A DNA stretch of 46,719 nt, counting the filler, from Jimgerdemannia flammicorona (taxonomy: Eukaryota): the NCBI GenBank assembly GCA_003990765.1. It is 2 parts of 2 records of this genome, joined end to end, with 100 filler letters (N's around TTAATTAATTAA, not from the genome) between each part and the next. Parts side by side here need not be neighbours in the genome. Positions count along the whole stretch, not along the records: positions 23,413 to 46,719 come from RBNJ01001121.1; 1 more part is not named here. The stretch is one strand, 5' to 3'. Below, piece by piece: positions 38,041 through 46,719 of the stretch. A program made the position numbers and the translations under genes. The notes beneath the pieces are model-generated. The model searched no databases and was not told where the DNA came from. It saw only the letters and a program-made list of their open reading frames with translations. The stretch's first letter is position 1. The number at the start of each line of letters is the position of its first letter.

Positions 38041-38310
38041 ATAGAAATACTCACTCTATAGTAGAGAAAGAAACTGTAGCTCTAAACTTAAAGTACATAG
38101 TGAATAAAAAGATAATATATATTTATCTAAGATATATAATATCAAACATTATAAGAAAGGGAATACTATAATTAGTCAATAAGATAAAAGATTGTTCTGT
38201 TAAAGAACTCCTCTAAATCTCTCACATATAGTTAAACCAGAAGAACTATACAGAATTAGCTCAATATATAATAACTATACTAGTATGATATAGTACTTAT
38301 CAGTAGCTAC

Positions 38311-38390
38311 AAAAAGTCATCTGATTGAGTTTAAACCTCCAGTCTACAGTCTGGAGGACAATGCCTTAACAGAGAGACCAACTCCTTATT
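38311..38390 (-). other. Decayed tRNA-like / SINE-head sequence
   Basis: On the minus strand: A-box-like TGGTCTCTCTGTTAAGGC, hairpin CCTCCAG/CTGGAGG, B-box-like GGTTTAAACTC (GGTTCGAACCC after transitions), then TTTTT. No complete cloverleaf. Confidence 0.3.
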
Positions 38391-38903
38391 TAAAGTCAAA
38401 AGAAGAAAATTTCAAACTAGTGAAATATAGTAATTTTCATATAATCAACATATACTCTACTTCTAGCAATAGATCATATGTTTCCCTAGAAATGTAATTG
38501 AAATAAAGTCATATCAGACAGGTGAATAAGTATAATACCCAGGTCAGAAACACACTACAACTCTCATTCCTCTCTCCTCTCTCCAAAGAAAAAACAATAC
38601 AAAAATATCTACTATCTACTATCAAATAGCTCACCATAGTCAACTCCTCCTAAGCCAAGTTGACCATCTTTTTAGACACATCCAGATCACTATCCAAGGA
38701 AGAAACTACTGCTCTGAGACCCCTAATCTTACCAGCCAGGACCTAGGATACTATGTTCTCAACTGCTAAGAAGTTATAGACAGAGCTTACCTTGCTATCA
38801 GCTACTTAGAAATCTAATATAAATATGAAATTAGATACCAACTTCTCTAGTAGATCAAAGACCAAACTGCTAACCAGATCATAGACTGGGTCTACTTAGA
38901 CAG

Positions 38904-41223
38904 TGTGGCATTCGTTATGTATAATGAACTTCGACTATATGGCTCAATGTGTGCCACTGGTGAAGCACGCGATGGATAACTGAAGGCATTGATAATGTTC
39001 GCAGGTCAATGGTCATGTGACAGGTTGTTCGATTTGTGTGGTAATTGATAATAGTGGGACTTCGATTGTTCAATGATGGTGGGCTCAGGACATTGATGGC
39101 TCAATTGTTTAGTAGAAAAGGGCGGCGAATAACTTGGTGGCAAACTTGAATTTATGCAGCGACCTTGAATTTATGCGGCAACAGTCTTGACGGTCTTGCT
39201 CTTTATGTGGTCAATTAAAGCGGTCCATGGCACAGTAGGTTGGGGAAAAAACGGAGGTTGACGGCTCGCTCGTCCATCTTGACTTGTTAACTTGGAAGGT
39301 TCCTGGTAGTCATTTGAGTCTTTGGCAGCAGTCTTGTATCCTTTGGCTGGGTATCCTTGGGTTTCCGGGTCTTGAATCTCGAATGGCAGTCGAATGCATG
39401 GTCCGAATGGCAGTCTGAATGCGTGGCAGTTGTAGTCTTGAATCCTTGGCTGGGTCTCAGGTCTCGAATAGCAGTTGAATATACAGTCCAAATGGTGTGG
39501 TCAGGTAACGTTTTCTTTTTGTGGCAAGAGAAAATTCTTTAACTCAAACTTCCAAGCAATCTGTTGCTCTAGGTTGTTATCTTGTTCTCAGAATTTATCC
39601 AGTCTCTTGGAGGCAGTGGTTTCTTTATAATCCTTTTTACTTTTAAACACAAGCTGACTGAGGTTTATTCACTCTAAGAATATGGGTTATTTATACAAGC
39701 TTGCTAGCTATGGGCATGGCTAAGGTATACTACATTGTGGCGAACATTCGCTATGCTATTGGCTTGCACAATGCAAGATACAGGCTATTGTTTACTATGG
39801 ATTAGGTTGTAGGAGATAGCAACGCTGAATTCAGATGAGCAGACAGGAATGCTGATTGTTGCCAGAAATGGTTGTGGAGGGTGGCAACGCTGAATTCGGA
39901 CCTGCTGACAATATGCTGAAAATGGTGGTACTGGGTAGCAATGCTGGAAATGGTTGTGCTGGGTAGCAATGCTGGATTCGGACTTACTGACTTGCTGACA
40001 TGAAGGCTGCACAATTCTCATGGCTGATGGGTGGTGCTTCTAGAGGAAATAGTACCCTTTGTCCACGGCAGACAAATCTTGCTGGGTTAAGATTTCTTCT
40101 TCATCATACCTCTCCTCAAAAGGGGGAAGTACCAGCCAAGAGGTGAGGGGGTAGAAAAGTGGCCAGTCATCTTCAACAACATTCTCCAACCCTTAATGCG
40201 GACAGAGGACTGGTAGACTCTCTGTTGCTCCTCTTCTTCTTCTGAAAGCTCGTCAGTTTCAGTGTCAGAGGGGGTTTCTTCAGGGGCAGGGTCTTGGAGT
40301 TCTTGGGCTTCCTCTTCAAAGACAGGGACCTCTTGGGCTTCTTCTTGATTCGGTTCCCAAATGATGAGATGTGAATTGTGGCTGACAGAGTGGTGGGTGG
40401 TTGGGGTAGCTCTAACAGGTACTTCTATGGTAATGGGTGGTCCTTCAAATATCTCCATAAGACTCATTAGGTGACCTTGATGGTTGTCTTAGAGTGGGGT
40501 GGTGTGGAAACCTGGCTGAGTAGGTTCGGTTTGTTGGCTTCCTACAGTGACCCGGTTGCTACCAGTAGAGTTGGCTACTTCTAATTCTATCCAGTCTGCA
40601 TCTTCAGTTGAGAGATGGGCAAGACTGCCAGCCATTACTCCTTGCAAGTGTACTATGGCCCAGAGGATGTGGCAGAATATCTGATGAATGTGGAGAGCTC
40701 TCTTGATCAGCTGGCTGGTGGTTATCAATTTGGTAATGAGGTCTTCCCGGTCGTCTTCTTGAGTCTCATTGTGAAGGTGGTGTCTGATTTTGTAATCATA
40801 CCAGAGGGTCATTCGTTCAGTAGTGTCTTTGAGCTGTTGGGTCATTATATACTGGTAGTTGATGAAGTATCCAAGGTTCTTGGTGTAGAAGTTCAAGTGT
40901 TCAGAAGTATCTAGGCACCAGATGGCCTTCTTGATAGCTTCAAAGATCAGGGTCTTTGGGCCAGGCAAAGGGGTAGAGCGGCGGGAGGTCTGGTTGGATT
41001 GGCGAATAGGAGGCATTGTGTGGTGGGTACTTGGTTCTTTGGTACTGATTCCTGAGGCAGAGTATGGTTCCTTAAATAACATGGTCTTCATTTTGGCTCG
41101 GATCATCTTGTCTTCTTTTGGGATGATCACCTAATGGGTCAGGCTGTCTATTTGATTGTCATGCCATTATGTTATCTAATTTTAGCAGTCACCGGTACTC
41201 TGTTGTCAATTGTGTACGTCACA
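38904..41223 (-). repeat. Long (2320 bp) LTR of a further Gypsy-type family, without internal region
   Basis: Ends TGTGACG...TGCCACA with a sharp composition change at both ends. The TATAAAT (39689-39695) / AATAAA (39664-39669) core closely matches 7131-7190. It carries the U3 ORF homologue. No TSD (ACAG / CTAT). Confidence 0.75.
40040..41016 (-). pseudogene. LTR(U3)-embedded ORF, divergent homologue C
   Basis: MPPIRQSNQTSR start at 41016. One in-frame TAA at 40489-40491 aligns to Q of PILQNN. A probable frameshift near 40200 leads to ...VVEDDWP...DKGYYFL* (40040). Motif RALHIHQIFCHILWAIVHLQGV. Confidence 0.8.
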
Positions 41224-43644
41224 CTATATCAGTACTAGTACTAGTATAATTCATATATATACTAACAAGACTATCAGAACCAAAAATTATAGAAATTATG
41301 AATAAAGATAATAATGAGAATATCTCTTTAAAGGATAAGAAAAAGTGCAAATTTAGACTATAAAATGAAGTTGAAGCAGATTTAAGAGATTATTGAAATC
41401 AATCTAAGATATCTCATTATAAACATTATATAAATTATATATATCTATAAGTATACCTATATAGTAATAACTAATAAGCTAGTAAACTATGATGAAGCTA
41501 TATACTTAGATGATAAAAAGAAGTAAAAAAAGATTATAGATAAAAAATACAATTTACTCATTAAGAATAATATATGAGATTTAGTCTCTCTTCTAATAAA
41601 TAGATAAGCTATAGGATCAAAATAGGTCTATAAGATCAAACATAAAGCTAATAGAATAGTAGAGTAGTATAAAGCCTAATTTGTAATAAAGAGGTATTTA
41701 TAAGGATATGGTATAGACTATGATAAGACCTTCTCTCTGATATTTAAACTTACTTTGCCTAAAATACTTCTTGCAATCAGAGCCAAATATAATTATAAAA
41801 TTTATTAAATAGATATTAAGACAGTCTTCTTAAATGGTAATATAGATATAAAGCTATATATTTATTAATTATAAGAATATGAACTATACAATGATGAAAA
41901 TGAGCTCATATATAAGTTGTATAAAGGTCTCTATAATATCAAATAAGCAGTAAGACTATAGAACTAAAATATTGATACATATCTCTTAGATAATAGATTT
42001 AAGTATTATAAGGCTGATATATATATATATATCTGATATATATTCTCAGGAATAGTATATTTAGAAATTTGAATCAATAATATTATTCTGGTTAGAATAA
42101 TAAATAAGATTAATGATATAAAGATAATACTATATCAGAAATTTAAGATAATAGATATGGATAATATATTCTATCTTCTTGGAATATTGATAATATATAA
42201 TAGATACAAATATACTATATATCTATTATAAGCTATATATATTCAGACTATACTTAAACAATTCAGTATAAGCAAATATAAATCTGTTAGAACACTTATA
42301 GAGATATTTATAAGACTAAATAAATCTGATAATATGTCCAAAGATAATAATATTTCCTATTAACAAGCTGTGAGATCTCTTATATATCTTATGTTCAAGA
42401 TGAGATCTAATATATTATATGTACTCAATAAAGTAGTGCAGTACTCATCTTACTATGACAATTTATATTAGATAACAATCAAGTATATTTTTAGATATAT
42501 TAAAGATATAGCATATTATATACTCAATTTAGAAGATAGTGATGATAAGAGATAAAGTGAGAGTAGTATGATACAATTATCTAATATATATAATGTAAAC
42601 TAGGCCAGAGATCTCAATGATCAGTACTCTATAACTAGATACCTTTTTAAAATCAATAAAAACAGAGTCATTTTATAGCAAACACATAAGCAAATCTTTA
42701 GTAGTAATATTATCTATATAAGTAGAGTATCAGTATTATCTATAATGATAAAGAAAGCTATAAGACTTTGGAAACTACTAAAGAAGTTGAGATTTTCTTA
42801 AGAATAGCACTCTATACTACTTTAATAAAATAATCAATCTATTATTGTTATGGCAAAGAACTCTATACATTATACTAAAATAAAATATATTGAGATATAG
42901 CATTATTTTATATAGAAATATATAAAACATAGTACTATATATCTAAAATATACTCTCATAAAGTATATGATACCAGATTCATTAACTAAAGCTCTTTTAA
43001 AGATAAAGTTTGATTTATATATAAAAGAAATGAGACTTATAGATAACTTTATAATAATAGATAACTCTATATTAATAAGAACTATATATACCAATAAGTA
43101 GCAATTCTATAACAGTAAGTAATAAGTAATAGCAATAATGATAATATAGATATAATAAGAAGTTTTTCAGAGTACTAAAAGTATTCTATTATATCTTATA
43201 TATATCTCATCAATATTGCTTATATTCCTTTATTTGTGAATAGATCTGGATCTATATTATTAATATTATTTAGAGTTACTAATCTTTCACTATATTCTTT
43301 ACCTATTTTTATACTTATAAATAGAGAATTTTGACCTTTTTCAGTCATCTAAATAGTAATCAGTTGGTCATATTTAGTTAGTCTTTTATTCTATATATTC
43401 TAGAATATATCTCAATAAGTGAGAGTATTGAAATATCTTAGTTATAGCAACTTGATATAGTAGTATAGTCTGACTATATTATTATTATAAATATCATCAA
43501 TATATATAAAAGTACATAAGTTAGTATTAATAAACAACTACCTCTCTTCTCTCCACTCTTCTAAGTATTTTGTAATAATATATATTTGAGGCTATAAATA
43601 TGATATATTAGATATATTTATATATATTTATACTATTTTGAATA
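41224..43644 (+). mobile_element. Extremely decayed Ty1/Copia 3' half (RT, RNase H, PPT, 3' LTR from ~43426)
   Basis: LIKNNI*DLV, YKA*FV..RY..GYGIDYDKTFS (~41670-41740), DIKTVFLNG (~41812), YQQAVRSLIYL-like (~42358), KIKYIEI*HYFI (~42880; TKHIDIRYHF). RT and RH are last in the order, as in Copia. Right end approximate. Confidence 0.88.
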
Positions 43645-44068
43645 ACTATAACTACTAGTTAAAAATTATATAAAAATTTTTATAGAAATTTCTGTCAGAA
43701 TTTTCAGTAGCTTATAGATATGTAAAAATTTATTATATTCTTCTCTTCTTTATCTGAGCCTACTTATTGAACTCAGTACTAAACTCTAGATACTTATCAA
43801 ACTGAAGAGTAGTATATTACTCTATTATTCATTACTCAAATTAATAATGTTCTCAGAAGATACTCTATAGAGATAGTTGAGAACTTAGAATTAGATATAG
43901 AAAAAGATATAGAGTCTTTTGGTAATAATATAGATATAGTTATTAATAAAAAGGCAGGCTTATTATTTAGTAGTACTGAGAGTAGCTTATTGACAGATGA
44001 GGCATCCTATCTTATAGTACTCTAAAGAAGAAAAGAAAGGTATACTAGGAGTTAAGAAAAGAGAGAAG

Positions 44069-45438
44069 AGTCAGAAGATCTAGGAGTAAAGCTTGAGCCA
44101 AAGTTAAAAGAGATGTAAGGAAGTTGAGATATAGGAAAGATAGTAAAAAGAACAAAATAAAGAATAAGTCAGAAATTGCATCTGTAATTTATTGTTACAA
44201 AAATATAGTCCTTATATATAAAAACAAAGTCTTAAAAGAAATAATATTCCACAATATAGAGTTAATTATATTAGGAACCAAATGTTATATAAGATTATAT
44301 AAAGAGTTAATTCTAGAGTGAGAATAGAAATCAAAACAAAACAAATCCAAATTGAGATTAAAATACATTCTGGTCCTCTCTGGAGTCTTATATTTACTCT
44401 GGAGTCTTTAGTCTTCACTTTACTCCTCTCTGCTATCTTTGGTCTCTCAGCTTCATCTTGGGCTTACTATAGCTCACTTTGCTTAATCTCTACCCCTCAC
44501 TCTTACTCATCTCTCTAGAGTCAGCAGATATTTTTTAATCTCAATTTGAATTTGTTTTGTTTTGATTTCTATTTTTGTTCTAAAATTAGCTCCTTATATG
44601 ATCTTATATAATATTTGATTTTTAATATAGTTAACTCTATATATACTTGCTTCTATTGAATGATCTGTTATTTACTCTATCCTTCTCTCTCTCTTTTACC
44701 CTCTATCTCTTCCCTCTCTCCTCCTTTACTCACTCTGTATTCTCTCTTCCTTCCTACTTCTAATTCTTATTATACTATTTAATTAAGCTCATTAGATTAT
44801 ACAATACTCTAATGCTGTTCTATACTCTTCTCTTTTATGTCATAGTCTATTATCTCTTTTCCAATACTCTCTTATTGCTAGATCATATCTTTCTTCTATT
44901 TCTTTCCTAATCCATCACTCTTATTTTACATTTTTATTATTTTCTGATATCTTCAGCTCTACTAGAGAAGATTAAAAAACTCCTGGTCCTCTCTGGGGTC
45001 TTATATTCACTTCAGAGTCTTCAGTCTTCACTCTGCTTCCCTCTGCTATCTTCAGCTTCTTGGCTTTACCTCAGACTCACTATAGCTTACTTTACTCAAT
45101 TTCTACTCCTCACTCTTGCTTATTCCTCTAGAATCTATAGATGTTTTTTAATCTTAATTTGAATTTAGTTTGTTTTGATTTCTATTCTCACTCTAAGATT
45201 AGCTTCTTATATAATCTTATATGACATTTGGTTTCTAATGTAGTTTACTCTATATTGTGATAAATTATTTCTTTTTGAGACTTTATTTTTATATATAAGA
45301 ACTATATTTTCATAACAATAAACTGTGAATATAATTTCTGTCTTATTTTTTGTTTTATTCTTTTTACTGTCTTCCCCATGTCTTGCCTTTCTTATATTAC
45401 TTTTAACTTTAACTTAGACTTTACTCCTGGACCTTCTT

Positions 45439-45442
<4 letters not shown>
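44069..45442. repeat. Compound inverted plus direct repeat
   Basis: 44069-44368 is the reverse complement of ~45140-45442 and partly of ~44529-44642. 44370-44642 is directly repeated at ~44982-45255. Confidence 0.85.
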
Positions 45443-45494
<52 letters not shown>

Positions 45495-46719
45495 GTCACT
45501 TGGACTCTTTCTTTATTACACTCATCTATCCTATATAAGTACAGTGAACCCACCCCCTATCCAATCCCCCTAGGGGGGCCCCTCTCCCCTACCCCTTCTT
45601 GATGAAACACCACTCTATCAAATACAATTTCCACCCTCCTACTACTCTGTTCATATATCCTTGCCACCAAACCTCACTGTCACCCTCCTAAAAGACCTCA
45701 ACCTATCTACTATCCAGTCATCAAATCCCCCAACAGCTTCTCTCACCTTAAAACCTTCTTCTGTAGTCTCATCTGCCACCTCTCCTCAAATACAAAAAGC
45801 CAATGTCCTGCCAAACCCACCGAAATTGCTAACACTCACTCAATAGTAAGCCAACTATCACCCATCCCCCCCACTAGCCAAGACCTCAAGTCCTCCCAGC
45901 GATCCCCCCCACCTGCCGGCCTGCACTCCACACCCCATCTATTCTCTATTTCAACCCAAAAGTCCCTCAAAACCTCACACTCTCCCAACCAATGTTCCAG
46001 CATCTGCACCAAACCCCCAGCTTGCCCTATATTGTAACACTCCTCACAATCGAAACAGCCACCATCCACCAGATGCTCAGTGTAGAAATTCAGCATGACA
46101 TTCCTCTGCAGCTAGTGCTCCCAATGAATCGAATCAAATCGAATTTGGCCCAAACTCGATTCGATTTGATCAAATCAAGGGTCCAATTTGATTCGATTTG
46201 AATCAAATCAAAGGTCCAATTCGATTTGAAGTTCGATTCGAACCTTAATTTTCAAAATGTAATAACTCGACGAAATCCCATCCAAATTTAACGTATTTTA
46301 GCTTGTTAGATACACCATATTAATGTGATTCTAACAAGCTAAAGTACATTAGATTTGGATGAGTTTACGCTGAGTTATTACATTTTGAAAATTAGTATTC
46401 GAATCAGACCCTCAATTTGATTCGACTTTTGATTCGATTTGAATTGATTTGAATTGAAGAATCCCCAATTCAATTCGACTCATTTAACCCTCAATTCGAT
46501 TCGATTCGAATTGATTCAACTCATTTGGGAGCACTATCTGCAGCATTTGCCACTACACCACCCAGAACTTGGAGGGAAGCCACTGCTATATCTCAGCACT
46601 CTAAGACCAGATATCTGCCCTGTCTCACCCCTCACCAATCCCGACTGCCTGCCAACCACTTGGCCAAAGATCCTGGCCAAGACTCTGCTGATACTCCACT
46701 CCATCCCCAATATTTTTTT
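45443..46719 (-). mobile_element. LINE family A-like 3' portion, interrupted by a MITE, running off the window
   Basis: Poly(T) 45443-45491, then TATAGTCACTTGGACTC (3' terminus). ORF2 C-terminus CFDCEEC...EHWLGEC, WEDLRSWLVGG. Confidence 0.92.
46113..46536. mobile_element. hAT-type MITE (424 bp)
   Basis: Perfect 11-bp TIR TAGTGCTCCCA/TGGGAGCACTA, perfect 8-bp TSD TCTGCAGC (46105-46112, 46537-46544), subterminal TTCGA/TCGAA arrays, non-coding. Confidence 0.93.

Larger units (their letters stand above)
33360..38903 (+). mobile_element. Decayed chromovirus (Ty3/Gypsy): gag-CCHC-dUTPase-PR-(deleted RT)-RH-IN-chromodomain, PPT, probable 3' LTR from ~38167
   Basis: CCHC 34453-34493; protease LLDS(N)TTENYIS ~35364; YIDNI / LYAKMSKY / YLG ~35815-35960; RNase H TDVS ~36260; integrase ~36830-37450; PPT AAGAAAGGGAATAC ~38153-38166. 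Right boundary uncertain. Confidence 0.88.

Noticed and set aside
39171..39542. Short ORFs in the R/U5 part of the 2.3-kb LTR
   Set aside because: They overlap tandem repeats, have no counterpart in the other LTRs and show no motifs.
44982..45035. Hammerhead ribozyme (minus-strand CTGAAGA plus CTCTG/CAGAG stem)
   Set aside because: The required GAAA after stem II is absent (AGGA), and that change is not explained by G>A decay.

Overview
Eukaryotic, almost certainly fungal, transposon-dense region. An early-diverging lineage such as Mucoromycota is plausible but is inference. It holds (i) at least seven copies or fragments of two related L1/Tx1-type LINE families (APE-RT ORF2), several nested inside each other with clear target-site duplications (TSDs); (ii) Ty3/Gypsy material: a gag fragment with its 5' LTR, a pol-3' LTR fragment, a decayed chromovirus carrying a dUTPase, and two further long LTRs; (iii) a decayed Ty1/Copia element; (iv) a hAT-type MITE and a decayed relative; (v) one CpG-rich host island with a frameshifted FMP52/HTATIP2-like pseudogene; and (vi) an artificial 100-bp N/TTAATTAATTAA spacer at 23313-23412, so the two halves may not be truly adjacent. 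No intact host gene is visible. Repeats show a gradient of C>T/G>A decay. The most interesting signal is a ~280-320-codon ORF family inside the U3 region of unusually long (1.5 and 2.3 kb) Gypsy-type LTRs. It is conserved at protein level between two LTR families that do not align by eye at DNA level. It is followed by tandem TGCTGGAA-type repeats and a shared TATA/AATAAA core, a layout like retroviral LTR-encoded accessory genes (nef, sag). All alignments were done by eye; no database search was run.
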